64,000 nucleotides of DNA from Candidatus Levyibacteriota bacterium (lineage in GTDB: Bacteria > Patescibacteriota > Microgenomatia > Levybacterales > GWA1-39-11): contig JAGORM010000002.1 in assembly GCA_018062815.1 (NCBI GenBank), forward strand, positions 11,211 to 75,210. The letters are read 5' to 3'. Position numbers and translations under genes: made by a program. Positions 8,462-18,252 of this stretch are shown in pieces. Under the pieces are notes generated by a model. The model was not told where the DNA came from. It saw only the letters and a program-made list of their open reading frames with translations, and did not search any database. Position 1 is the first letter of the stretch; every line of letters begins with the position of its first letter.

Positions 8462-9049
8462 TTATTTTAAATTTTTCTCTATATACTTAAATTCTTGCTG
8501 CATTCGGTATTCATCTCTTGGGTCTGTTAATCTAGCCAGAAGATAAACATCTTTTACTCCTTGCATAAATGCATGTGAGTTGTTTTTCTTACCCCCTGTG
8601 TTTTCATATATGGATTCTGCATCCTGTAGGTATCCTTTGAGAATTGGTTGTTCACAGTCAAATGGGTGTGGATCTATAAATAATTTGTCTACAAGAAACC
8701 TATTCCTTGAAGATCCGGTTATAAAATGTAGAGCAGTATCAGTTGCTGATACATAGAGTACATCATGCATGAAAAGAAACCCTGACAGGTATGAGATCGT
8801 TTCACTCTCTTTCCCTTTTGTTGTAAGAGTGGTGAGAGTTTTAGAAAGTACCTCAAGTGTCTTGTCGCCCATTTGCGCACGCTTCTGAGCATCATTTAAT
8901 TGAGTGTGTAAGTACGTTAAGGGGTTTTGTTCCAAGTTCTGCATGGGTAGTGCAAAATTTACTTCAGACAGTGTAGGTATGCCACTGGGTAGCCGTGGCT
9001 TTGTATATTGTTCATGGCCAATTTCTTGTTTCATGAAGTGAATATACAC
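8462..9049 (-). CDS. Hypothetical protein (195 aa), co-directional partner of the 553-aa protein
   Basis: ORF only; 48-nt gap to the upstream gene; no recognisable motifs. Confidence 0.5.
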   Translation of the reverse strand: MYIHFMKQEIGHEQYTKPRLPSGIPTLSEVNFALPMQNLEQNPLTYLHTQLNDAQKRAQMGDKTLEVLSKTLTTLTTKGKESETISYLSGFLFMHDVLYVSATDTALHFITGSSRNRFLVDKLFIDPHPFDCEQPILKGYLQDAESIYENTGGKKNNSHAFMQGVKDVYLLARLTDPRDEYRMQQEFKYIEKNLK

Positions 9050-9070
9050 CTTATAGTATTTTTTGTCAAA

Positions 9071-9736
9071 TCAAAGAAATATGAGTGCAAGAAGAGCCAT
9101 TGAGAGACCAAGTACGGCTCCCCCAATAACATCAGTTGTCCAGTGTTCACCTAATGACACTCGGGATACAAGCATAAGAATAACTATTCCCCAAAAAAAT
9201 CCATATGTTCCTAGTTTAATGAAAGTAGAAAGTTTCAATTTGTATATTAAGAATGAAAAAACAAATGCCAAAAATACTATTCTTAGAGAATGCCCTGAGG
9301 GATATGACGCATCTGTGAAGACATGTAAGCCGGGAAAATCAGTAAAATGGGATCGCAAAAACATTCTTGGCGGTCCGGGTTGTTCCAGGATATTTTTTCC
9401 AATAAGTTCAATTACGTGTGCGAATATAAACAAACCCAAAGGAATAACTGCCCATATCTTTTTTTTAAAAATGCCGTAAAGCATCAGAACTATAAGCAGT
9501 ATACTTCCTGTAAATTCAAATCTTCCCGCAACTGAGAGAAATGAGAAAAAGTCATCAAGCCGCAGTGGTATTTTTGCTTGGAGTTTAACTGTAGTATCAA
9601 AGTCAAAAGACCTAAGCATATCTGCCCGCACTGCTAGAGTAAATGCGAAAAACAAAAACAAAAAAAATAGTCCAAGGAGCAAGAACACAAGATTTTGTTT
9701 TGTAAAAAATTTTGTTAGAAAAGTTTTTTTTGCCAC
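9071..9736 (-). CDS. PAP2-family phosphatase (undecaprenyl-diphosphate/phosphatidate phosphatase-like), polytopic membrane protein
   Basis: PAP2 motifs PSGHS and SRVSLGEHWTTDVIGG; 5-6 predicted TM helices. Confidence 0.75.
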   Translation of the reverse strand: MAKKTFLTKFFTKQNLVFLLLGLFFLFLFFAFTLAVRADMLRSFDFDTTVKLQAKIPLRLDDFFSFLSVAGRFEFTGSILLIVLMLYGIFKKKIWAVIPLGLFIFAHVIELIGKNILEQPGPPRMFLRSHFTDFPGLHVFTDASYPSGHSLRIVFLAFVFSFLIYKLKLSTFIKLGTYGFFWGIVILMLVSRVSLGEHWTTDVIGGAVLGLSMALLALIFL

Positions 9737-9817
9737 AGTTAATGTTACAAGAAAGTAAGCCTAAGATCAAATAAAATTCTTATCCGGAAATTAAGGATTT
9801 TTACTTTTTAGAATTGA

Positions 9818-11545
9818 TTAATTTATTAAGTAAGTTTTACAGAATGAAGAATCAGATAGATTCTCAACTCCAAAGTCAGATATTTTTAAATTTTGTATGT
9901 ATGTTCCAAGTTCTACATTTCGGCAAATTTTATCGCGGTATATAAGATATAACCCTCCGCTGTCTTTTAGTTGCGGTAACAGAATGGGAGTTGAGGTTTT
10001 CAGTTTTATCCCGCAATTTACGTCAATAATAATAATGCCTTTATGACTTTTCCCGGGTGTTTTTCCGGGGCAATTTGAGAAAGTTAAATTATTTATGGTA
10101 AATTTTTTAATTTTTAGTGAATTTTTAATATTTGGGAGCGTATCTTTATTTATTGCGTTTCCATAGAATAGATATTTTTGAAATGAGTCATATGGTGCGT
10201 TGGTGTAGATTGTAACATTATCATTTTGTTGAGCTCGGTTTGCATATGAAGATAAAATTCTTAGCTTAAAGTCAAAATGACCTTGCAACGGGAATTGAAA
10301 AAGATACAATTGCATAAAATTTAAACTTAGAACGGTATAAAGAGAAATAATTATGAAAATTGCTATTTTTTTGTATTTTATGCGGTCAGTGATGAATGTT
10401 ATACCAAACGCTATGCCTATAAATGCGAAAGGAAAAAAAAGTGATATATGAGGAGTAAAATTTCTGACATCATATCCCTGTAATAATTGGGGAAGAAGGG
10501 ATAACAATGTAAGAACACTTAAAAAGATAAAAACTTTTTTTTGTTTGAAAAATAGAAAAATCATACCTAGAAAAAGAAAGGGTAGATCGGAAACAAAAAA
10601 GATGCCATGCCTGGGGACAGAAAAAAATTGATCTCCGGATGAGAAAAGATAGTTAAATGATAACGTATTTAAGAATTTTTCAATAATAATTTTTATATAA
10701 AGGACTGGTTTATTTTCAAAAAAAGTAAGAAGCGGGTTTGCTATTGAGAGTCTTCTTGTATGATCTACTTGTTGGGCTAAGTTTGGAGAAAATGGAGTAA
10801 ATAAATCTGCAGATCTATTATCTTGATTAGTAAGAAAAATTGATGCTGCATAAAAAAGCGTAAATAAAACAGAAAAAATAAGAATACAAATATAATACTT
10901 TTTACTTTTTTTATATTCCTCAGACGTATATACATACCAGATAGTCGTAAAGATAAACGGCAGGAAAAAAACTTTTGTTCCTATATATGAATAAAAAGCA
11001 AGCATCAGCAAGGGTATTACAAGGAGTGTTTTTGCCCCTTTTGCGTATAGCAATAATAGAAGTGATGCAAGAAAGAAAAAAAGTGCAGGGACTAATTCAT
11101 AAGATGTTCTTCCTATGTATACTTCCCAAGGATTTATTGCCATAAGAAATGAAGCAAAAAGTGCGGTTTTAGTTCCCAAAAGTTTTTTAGTAATAAAGAA
11201 GATCAGTGGGATACAGCCAATACTTAATAGCGCGTAAATTATCCTTGCTTGTAAAAGTGAAAATGCAAACGGGGAAACAGCAAGAGATATGAAGTAAGAC
11301 AGCTCTGCTTGGACTGTTCCAGGAGGATACTTAAATAAAAGTGCCATAAGCGGATTCCATGTGTTAGTGAAATCATACCCTGATAGAAAAACCGATTTTG
11401 CAGTAAGAAAATATGTCAGTTCGTCTCCTCCTATGGCATTGGGTACAAACTGCAGATATAAAATGCGGAAAAAAGCTCCTATTAAAGTGATAAGAATAAG
11501 TAGAAAATAAGATTCTTTAAACAATGCCACTGTTTTTTTAGTCAC
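9818..11545 (-). CDS. GT-C fold glycosyltransferase, family 39 (ArnT/PMT-like)
   Basis: ~12 TM helices; first-loop motif AIGGDELTYF resembling the DE motif of PMT_2/ArnT enzymes; large C-terminal soluble domain. Confidence 0.7.
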   Translation of the reverse strand: MTKKTVALFKESYFLLILITLIGAFFRILYLQFVPNAIGGDELTYFLTAKSVFLSGYDFTNTWNPLMALLFKYPPGTVQAELSYFISLAVSPFAFSLLQARIIYALLSIGCIPLIFFITKKLLGTKTALFASFLMAINPWEVYIGRTSYELVPALFFFLASLLLLLYAKGAKTLLVIPLLMLAFYSYIGTKVFFLPFIFTTIWYVYTSEEYKKSKKYYICILIFSVLFTLFYAASIFLTNQDNRSADLFTPFSPNLAQQVDHTRRLSIANPLLTFFENKPVLYIKIIIEKFLNTLSFNYLFSSGDQFFSVPRHGIFFVSDLPFLFLGMIFLFFKQKKVFIFLSVLTLLSLLPQLLQGYDVRNFTPHISLFFPFAFIGIAFGITFITDRIKYKKIAIFIIISLYTVLSLNFMQLYLFQFPLQGHFDFKLRILSSYANRAQQNDNVTIYTNAPYDSFQKYLFYGNAINKDTLPNIKNSLKIKKFTINNLTFSNCPGKTPGKSHKGIIIIDVNCGIKLKTSTPILLPQLKDSGGLYLIYRDKICRNVELGTYIQNLKISDFGVENLSDSSFCKTYLIN

Positions 11546-11588
11546 ACTTCATATTACAAGAAAGATTGAGTGTGCGCAAAGACTATTT

Positions 11589-11867
11589 TTATCCTGCCTT
11601 TCTAAAGTGCCTGCCGGATTTTCCGCGGTTGGGATGTTTTCGGATGTGTTTAATTATTGCAATATCCTCTTTGTCTAAACTCCTTCCGTTCATGCCCAAT
11701 CTTTTTACGATTTTTGAGATCATAGCTTTTGATACTCCTTCTTCCTTTGCCAATCCTGAAACTGCCCCGTGTATAGTTTGGTATTTGGGAAGCGTTTTAT
11801 CTATTCCTATGATTTCATTCTCTCCCTGTGTGCCCAAAGATTCTACCCCCATATTTTTATTATGCAA
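11589..11867 (-). CDS. Small Fis/NtrC-type helix-turn-helix protein
   Basis: HTH GAVSGLAKEEGVSKAMISKIVKRLGMN resembles the Fis C-terminal HTH; sits between rnhB and the GT39 gene on the same strand. The antisense track ORF 11566-11892 has junk-like composition. Confidence 0.5.
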   Translation of the reverse strand: MHNKNMGVESLGTQGENEIIGIDKTLPKYQTIHGAVSGLAKEEGVSKAMISKIVKRLGMNGRSLDKEDIAIIKHIRKHPNRGKSGRHFRKAG

Positions 11868-11877
11868 AATTTTTGAT

Positions 11878-12519
11878 TTAAATGTGTCTTGAAATAAAAT
11901 CCGTTCGGTGGTGAGGGCATGGTCCGTATTCTTTTAGTTTTTCTCTATGAAGCTTTGTGCCATAGCCTTTATTTTTTTGAAATTCATAATGAGGAAATTC
12001 CTGTGCCAAGTCTTCCATGAATGAATCTCTTTTCACTTTTGCAAAAATACTTGCGAGTGAAATAGAAATAGATACTGTGTCTCCGTGTATTATGTTTTTT
12101 TGTTTTTCAGTTTTTACTTCCGGTATTGAAAATGCATCAGTAAGAAAAAAAATATTATTTGTAGCATTTTCAGATTTTGCTTTTTTTGCAATATTTTCAA
12201 ATCCCATTTTATTTGCAAATCCAACTCCTTTCTCATTTATTATGTGAGGTGAGATAAATTCTAGATAAGAGTCGGATATATATTCTTGAGTAATTTTTAA
12301 TATCAATTCTCTTTTTTTCTTTGTGAGCAGTTTTGAGTCGTTAATCCCAAGCTTTAATATCCATTCCTTGTCACGGGAGGAAAGATTTGAGTGAAGGATT
12401 ATTCCGCCTACAACAAGAGGACCAGCAAAACTTCCGCGTCCTACTTCATCTATCCCGCAAACTAGAAAGTTATCTTTCCATAGTTCTTCCTCAAAACGCA
12501 AATGTGGATAGGATTTCAT
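11878..12519 (-). CDS. rnhB: Ribonuclease HII
   Basis: GIDEVGRGSFAGPLVVGGIIL active-site region. Start set at MKSYPHLRF (ATG, complement of CAT at 12517-12519) rather than the track's 12618. Confidence 0.85.
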   Translation of the reverse strand: MKSYPHLRFEEELWKDNFLVCGIDEVGRGSFAGPLVVGGIILHSNLSSRDKEWILKLGINDSKLLTKKKRELILKITQEYISDSYLEFISPHIINEKGVGFANKMGFENIAKKAKSENATNNIFFLTDAFSIPEVKTEKQKNIIHGDTVSISISLASIFAKVKRDSFMEDLAQEFPHYEFQKNKGYGTKLHREKLKEYGPCPHHRTDFISRHI

Positions 12520-12552
12520 AAAACCAGTATAGCATGTGAAAAAAGAGAACTG

Positions 12553-13320
12553 ATGGGGTATAATCATTTTTACAATATGGAATTTGAAAGCGGTGCTTCG
12601 GACTTTTTTAGAATGCATATAGGAGAAAAAGCAAATACAAATATAAGGGGTTTATATATAGAGAGTAATAGAAGAATAAATGAATCATCTCCCATAACTT
12701 ATCTTGCAGGAAGATTTATGGAAGCCTCAAGAGAGGGTCTTCTTCGCGCTGATGCAGAGCTTCAAAAAAATAGATTTGGACTGCCTACACGCGATGATGC
12801 TCAAAAGTTGTATGAATATGATTTTCCTGACTATTTAGCACTTTTTTTCTGCTCAACAATCATCGAAGCAGATTCATATAGACAAACAGGAATTTTTTCC
12901 ACAAATTCTCTTTTGACACGTTTTAATTATTCAATATCAGGAACGGCTATGGCTAAGCTTGATTTGCAGGAGAATATTTATATAAAACCTGGAAGAGAAG
13001 ACCATAAACATTTCAAAGATGAATGGGAGAAAGATCCCACATACACTGAGATTATGCTTAATTTTTCCTCTATGCCTGAAGAATTTAAAGATTATATGAA
13101 TACAAAAAAAAATTTAAAAGAAAGCATGCAAATACTTGCAAATACTCATTGGCGGCAATTGGCTTACGCTTATCTATTGTTTGAAAAAAGCGAGAGCAGT
13201 AAAAAAGAATCTACGAGTTACACTCTTGATACAGAAGATGATTTAAAATGGGCTGGATTTTCGGAAAATTCTATTAAAAAACTTCTCATAATAAAGGAAA
13301 AATATAGGAAAAAAGACTGA
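12553..13320 (+). CDS. Hypothetical protein
   Basis: ORF; start moved to M18 (MGYNHF) so it does not overlap the rnhB start; no motifs recognised. Confidence 0.45.
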   Translation: MGYNHFYNMEFESGASDFFRMHIGEKANTNIRGLYIESNRRINESSPITYLAGRFMEASREGLLRADAELQKNRFGLPTRDDAQKLYEYDFPDYLALFFCSTIIEADSYRQTGIFSTNSLLTRFNYSISGTAMAKLDLQENIYIKPGREDHKHFKDEWEKDPTYTEIMLNFSSMPEEFKDYMNTKKNLKESMQILANTHWRQLAYAYLLFEKSESSKKESTSYTLDTEDDLKWAGFSENSIKKLLIIKEKYRKKD

Positions 13321-13427
13321 TACTTATAATTTTTATATTTACGAGCTATAAAAAACGCCTATGTTTTGAGGAGCGCTTTATTGCCTCTGACTATTTCTAA
13401 TGGTATGATTAAGCAAGGAATTTATTT

Positions 13428-14198
13428 ATGTTAACTTTAGTTTTACTTTTAGTGCCTACATTGGCAGTTATTTCAGCACTGTATTTATACCAACACACTG
13501 GAAAAAAGGAGATATTAAAATTTGATTTGGTTCAGTTTGCCTACGCATTTGTTATTGCGCCAATCATATATGTGTGGCTAAAAAGTTTCTTGTTTACACT
13601 TTTAGTGAGGGAATTAAATCTTCAATTATCAGTAACGGATATTTTTATCGCAGATACAGTATATACAATCATATTTTTGTATTTTTTTGCGTTTATTATT
13701 ATACATTCGCTTACAAAAAGTTTTTCATTAAAGCGCTCTCGTGATCCGTTTTATGACATCTTTCAGATGTCAGAATTTTTTCATATGATAACGTCTCATG
13801 TGGTTTTTTATGTGGGTGGGGCTATTCTTTTTACTCTTCTTTCAACGATAAACATTTTCTTTCCGGTCACGTCAGCTACAAATAATATCTTGTTCTATAT
13901 ATCCCTTTTCCTGGGTCTTGCTTTAGGATTTATTGTATATGTCGGTTTACTTTTAACTGATGATGATTTTGAAGAAAAATATCCTCGGTTTGAGATGTTT
14001 ATAGAATTGTTTTTTGGTGCGTTTTTTATATTAGACGTAGGACTTTATTTTTATTTCAGGCCAGAATTTGATTTGGGACGTGTGATGTATTGGGTTTCTC
14101 TGATGGCTTTTGCCGGATTTATTGCAAGCTCCCTTTTGATTGAGCGCTCTCAAAAATTAGTAGCCATATTGAAAAGACTCCATTATAAAAAGAAGTAA
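13428..14198 (+). CDS. Polytopic membrane protein, unknown function
   Basis: 6-7 hydrophobic helices across 256 aa. Confidence 0.55.
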   Translation: MLTLVLLLVPTLAVISALYLYQHTGKKEILKFDLVQFAYAFVIAPIIYVWLKSFLFTLLVRELNLQLSVTDIFIADTVYTIIFLYFFAFIIIHSLTKSFSLKRSRDPFYDIFQMSEFFHMITSHVVFYVGGAILFTLLSTINIFFPVTSATNNILFYISLFLGLALGFIVYVGLLLTDDDFEEKYPRFEMFIELFFGAFFILDVGLYFYFRPEFDLGRVMYWVSLMAFAGFIASSLLIERSQKLVAILKRLHYKKK

Positions 14199-14209
14199 GG
14201 AAGGATAAT

Positions 14210-14683
14210 TTAGTCAACCCGTGTTAGGGTGAATGGTAGAGTTTCAGGTATGGGATTTCCGTCACCATCAAGCTGTCTAATCTGGTTTTTATTGAGTATT
14301 TCATAAAGAGTTTTAGGTCCTCCAACCTTGGGATTTAGGACATACATCTCTTTCTCGGGATTATTTTTTAAGCTTTTAATAATCCATGTTCCCTGTTCGG
14401 TGATGCTTGTGTCTTTTCCTTCATATTCCATATGGAGCGTGTATTTAGGTGGAGTGTTGTATATAGTAAGTTGAGTTTTTATTCCTGTGCAGTCTGCGCA
14501 TAATGTAGTTCCTGAGTATGTTACTGTTTGAGAAACTACTGCATGATTGCTGTCCTGTGTTTTTTTTACAATAACAAAAAATAATAGACAAGAGGTAAAG
14601 AAAAGCAGGAGCAAAAGTGATAGGCGGGTCAAATCATGCTTATTTTTGTAAAGTTTTTTGTGAGGAGTCTTCTTTTTGGGCAT
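14210..14683 (-). CDS. NlpE N-terminal-domain-like (copper-resistance lipoprotein-like) membrane-anchored protein
   Basis: N-terminal TM; TYSGTTLCADCTGIKTQLTIY matches the NlpE_N CxDCxGI core; EQGTW downstream. Confidence 0.5.
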   Translation of the reverse strand: MPKKKTPHKKLYKNKHDLTRLSLLLLLFFTSCLLFFVIVKKTQDSNHAVVSQTVTYSGTTLCADCTGIKTQLTIYNTPPKYTLHMEYEGKDTSITEQGTWIIKSLKNNPEKEMYVLNPKVGGPKTLYEILNKNQIRQLDGDGNPIPETLPFTLTRVD

Positions 14684-14736
14684 AAATTAAACATAAAGTA
14701 TTTTACAAAATTTGTCAAACAGTTTATTATAGTAAC

Positions 14737-17112
14737 ATGCACCGATTCATCTTCAAAAAATTTGATACCACAAATGATTTTGTAAAAAGACACAAGAAAA
14801 CGGTCTTAATAATTCTTTCGGGTTTCATTTTTGTGGTCATTGTAGTGTTGATTAGCACTCTTTTTATAACAAAAAACTCAATTCATTCAAAAATTCCTGT
14901 AATTCCAACTCCAGTTGCGCTTCAAAATGAAGTTATGGATTATGCTTCAAATTTAAAGTTTAAAAAATACACGTCTCCTGAAAAAATAATCAAAGAGAAC
15001 CCGCTTTATACATATGAACTGAAAGACTCTTTTGCTCGGGAGGATGTTAAAAAAATTGCTGAAAACTTTTCTCTTTTAGATATCGCCTCAGAAGAGGGAT
15101 CGTATGTAACATACAGCGAGACGAAAGACATTAAAAAACTCGGTACATTTACTATGAACAAGGATAACGGATTTTTTACTTATCAGGCGTATAGTTTTCT
15201 TCCGGCTAGTTCATCCAATCCAAAAGACGCAGCAGTTTCGCTGATTAAGAAGCTTGGTTTTTCAGACGGAGACATAACATGCCCCATAACGTATCAACAG
15301 AAAGATGCCCCTGACATAACTTTTGTTGAGTGTCATAGAGATTGGAGTAGGCTCACTGCGCCTCTCTTTACACTTCCTGGAATTATAAATCATGGAGGAA
15401 ACTTCTCACTATCTACAATGGGTGGAGTAGGCATGGTAGATTCAGATGGTCCACTTGATCCAAATATAATAAACGTTTCTACTGGGCAGAATGGGAAAGC
15501 AAGACCAAATGATTTTAACTCTATAACTGTTGGTATTACTAAAAATGGGGCAATATATTCAGTATATTCAAGGATGAGGTTTATAACCGGTAAATCTCAA
15601 ATCGTTAAAAATTCATTGAAGACATATGAAGAAGCATTTTCAGAGATTACAAAAAATCCTACCTATTCATTTTCTATGCCAATTGGCGTTGGAATTGCTG
15701 ATTTTAGGAAGGTATATAAAAATGATGAGGCTGTGGCATTAGAAGCTCAATCTCATGAGTTAGGTATGGCGTACTTGGAATACATAAAAGGAAAACAAAA
15801 AGTGTATGAACCCTTTTATCTTTTATATGGGAGTGCTGAAATTACCTCCGGATATACAATTAAATATGTACAGGCGATCCCAGCAAGTAAATTATCTACT
15901 GCAAGAATTGCTCAGGAATCAACAAACTCACTTCAACTAAGAACATTTAAGCCACTTAATCCTACTCCTACAGTGGGAAGTAGTACCCCACAAAATCCAA
16001 TACCGGGCACACCAATTGAATCAGGGGGTGAAAATTGTCGGACAGGTCCAACGGAAGTAAACAATCATACAGGTGCTTATCCGTTGGTTATTCCGGGATA
16101 CGGAACAATGGTGGTTACCATAGAGGACTTTGGACATCCTTCAAATTTATGGATTTCTTCAATTGATCCGATTGATCCAGGAGTAGATACCACTGTTGTA
16201 GCGGCCAGGAACGCCTTTTTCACGTTTATAGGATATTATTTTGCCTCAGAATACCAAAAAGGGAAAACAGACACCTCTAAAACCGTAAAAGGATCAGGCG
16301 GAATTAAGAAATATTTGCAAGCTGGGGGTAGAATAGGCTCATTACCTTTTGATCAAAACGAATTGATTGCGGCAGTAGATTCCCCGCCCATGCTTAAACC
16401 ATCATTAACAAAAGTTATAAAGTCATTTGAGAAACACGCACTATCTGTTGATAATGGTAATGTCCTTCCTGACGTAGAATATACTGTGCCTGTAGCGTTT
16501 GATTCTTTGTTTTTCTTTGAGAGAAGGCGTGGCGGTAGCGGTCAATGCTATTTAACCGGCGCATCCGGTCCTTCACCTGTAATATTTATGTACTCTGATA
16601 CTCCTGTATCTGCTGAAATTATAAATAATTCGCAAATTACTTATGTTGAGCCAGGACTGGAGAACAAAAAGTGGAACGTGTTATTTGCAAAAGACGGAAT
16701 AACTCAGGCAAATGGGCATAAAAGAAGTTACTTGTATTATGAGTTTGATCGTGGAGTTAATTTTACTAACACAAATATGGGTTATTCTATAAAACGGGAA
16801 GATACATCTGACATTATAAATAAGATAGCAGATGAGCTAAAGCTTACTTCAAAAGAGGCTAGATACTTACATATTGAATTTGAAAAAGCCCTTTCAGACA
16901 TTAAGAGCTCTACTTATATTATGGTCATCTTGGCAGATAAAGATGAAGTTAATAAAAATCTTCCGTTAAAAATCCCTGTGGGAATAAATACCTACAGGTA
17001 CCATTTTCTGTTGTCTGGAACTGATGTAAAAATGCAACTTAATAATCCTAAACTTTCTGAAATAAAAAGAGACGGAGCGGTGCTGATAGAATTAGGGGCA
17101 TCACCAAAATAA
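14737..17112 (+). CDS. Large (791 aa) membrane-anchored extracytoplasmic protein, unknown function
   Basis: N-terminal TM (VLIILSGFIFVVIVVLISTLFI); otherwise no recognised motifs. Confidence 0.6.
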   Translation: MHRFIFKKFDTTNDFVKRHKKTVLIILSGFIFVVIVVLISTLFITKNSIHSKIPVIPTPVALQNEVMDYASNLKFKKYTSPEKIIKENPLYTYELKDSFAREDVKKIAENFSLLDIASEEGSYVTYSETKDIKKLGTFTMNKDNGFFTYQAYSFLPASSSNPKDAAVSLIKKLGFSDGDITCPITYQQKDAPDITFVECHRDWSRLTAPLFTLPGIINHGGNFSLSTMGGVGMVDSDGPLDPNIINVSTGQNGKARPNDFNSITVGITKNGAIYSVYSRMRFITGKSQIVKNSLKTYEEAFSEITKNPTYSFSMPIGVGIADFRKVYKNDEAVALEAQSHELGMAYLEYIKGKQKVYEPFYLLYGSAEITSGYTIKYVQAIPASKLSTARIAQESTNSLQLRTFKPLNPTPTVGSSTPQNPIPGTPIESGGENCRTGPTEVNNHTGAYPLVIPGYGTMVVTIEDFGHPSNLWISSIDPIDPGVDTTVVAARNAFFTFIGYYFASEYQKGKTDTSKTVKGSGGIKKYLQAGGRIGSLPFDQNELIAAVDSPPMLKPSLTKVIKSFEKHALSVDNGNVLPDVEYTVPVAFDSLFFFERRRGGSGQCYLTGASGPSPVIFMYSDTPVSAEIINNSQITYVEPGLENKKWNVLFAKDGITQANGHKRSYLYYEFDRGVNFTNTNMGYSIKREDTSDIINKIADELKLTSKEARYLHIEFEKALSDIKSSTYIMVILADKDEVNKNLPLKIPVGINTYRYHFLLSGTDVKMQLNNPKLSEIKRDGAVLIELGASPK

Positions 17113-17120
17113 ATATAACC

Positions 17121-18083
17121 TTAAGGAAGAAAAACAGGAGATAGCTCATCAACCGTAGATTCATAAATTTTCTCAATATTTCCCCCGCTAGTATCCATGA
17201 GAAAAATATCATAGTTTCCGCCATTATCATTTATAAATATAATTTTTTTCCCTGTGGTGTTGTATGATGGATCATCACTATTTCCGGGAAGAAAAGTAAG
17301 TCTTGTTTTGTTTACCCCGTTTTGTTGCATAGTGTATATGCTGTCCTTGCTGTCCGCTTTATCTCTTGAGACATATACAAGGTCATATGACCGTGGGTTT
17401 ACTGAGGGATACCAATCAGGTACAGAATTTCGGCTAAGTCGTGATAAATTATCTCCGTTTTTATCAATCATAAAAATGTCGTCAGTCAAGTGGTCATCTG
17501 TTTTTCTTTGTACAAATATTATATTTCCGTCAAGATTTTCAACAGGATCCCATTCTTCAGTATCCTCCATTTTGGGTGTTATATTTTTTACTTCCGATCC
17601 GTCTTCATTCATTATAAATATATCTCCTTTTTGGTCGTCTTTGGTTGATTTAAAGAGTATATTTTTACCGTCTTTTGTGTAGCTCGGATCATAGTCATCA
17701 GAAATGTTATGGGTAAGTTGTCGTATCTCACCCGTTGTAAGAGTCATGCGGTAGATTTCATTATCTCCATCTCTGTCAGAATAGAAAACAATATATTTAC
17801 CGTCTGATGAAGGTTGAGGATTCATATCCTGTGCTGCGTTGTGCGTAAGATTAAGTACATGTTTGGATAGCAGATCCATAAGATAGATATCATTATTTCC
17901 TGTCATATTTGACACAAAAAGAATACGTTCAGTTGGCGGTAACGGACTTATGAGTACATCATCAGTATTTGTCTTCTCCAGAATTTTTTCAGGATTTTCT
18001 CGCTCTATCATAGATACAGATAAGATAAAAAGCAGCACGCCTGTTATAAGGAAAAGCGTGAAAAGCACGACCTCTTTTTTCAT
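17121..18083 (-). CDS. TolB-like PD40/WD40-like beta-propeller protein, membrane anchored
   Basis: N-terminal TM; repeated PD40-like units (PQPSSDGKYIVFYSDRDGDNEIY; PSYTKDGKNILFKS; PSYNTTGKKIIFIN). Confidence 0.7.
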   Translation of the reverse strand: MKKEVVLFTLFLITGVLLFILSVSMIERENPEKILEKTNTDDVLISPLPPTERILFVSNMTGNNDIYLMDLLSKHVLNLTHNAAQDMNPQPSSDGKYIVFYSDRDGDNEIYRMTLTTGEIRQLTHNISDDYDPSYTKDGKNILFKSTKDDQKGDIFIMNEDGSEVKNITPKMEDTEEWDPVENLDGNIIFVQRKTDDHLTDDIFMIDKNGDNLSRLSRNSVPDWYPSVNPRSYDLVYVSRDKADSKDSIYTMQQNGVNKTRLTFLPGNSDDPSYNTTGKKIIFINDNGGNYDIFLMDTSGGNIEKIYESTVDELSPVFLP

Positions 18084-18252
18084 AAGCGTATATTATAGGG
18101 CTAGAAAGCCCATAAGTCCAATTACTTATCTCAATATTTCTTGAATCGTGGCTAATAGTCTTTTATTGGGCTATAATCCAAAACAGCTAAGTGTAGGTTA
18201 AATGCATTGCTTTTTGTACCGCAGGGAAGAATGCATATTTAGTGCGCGGGCT

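Noticed and set aside
9063-9479. Plus-strand 138-aa ORF antisense to the PAP2 gene
   Set aside because: PAP2 motifs are on the minus-strand frame; plus-strand ORF lacks features.
11566-11892. Track ORF (108 aa, plus) antisense to the Fis-type HTH gene
   Set aside because: Cys/Phe-rich low-complexity translation; the minus-strand ORF has a convincing HTH and fits the operon orientation.
12502-12552. Track start of the 272-aa ORF overlapping the rnhB start region
   Set aside because: Overlaps a divergent gene's start; internal Met at 12553 avoids this. Either start is uncertain.
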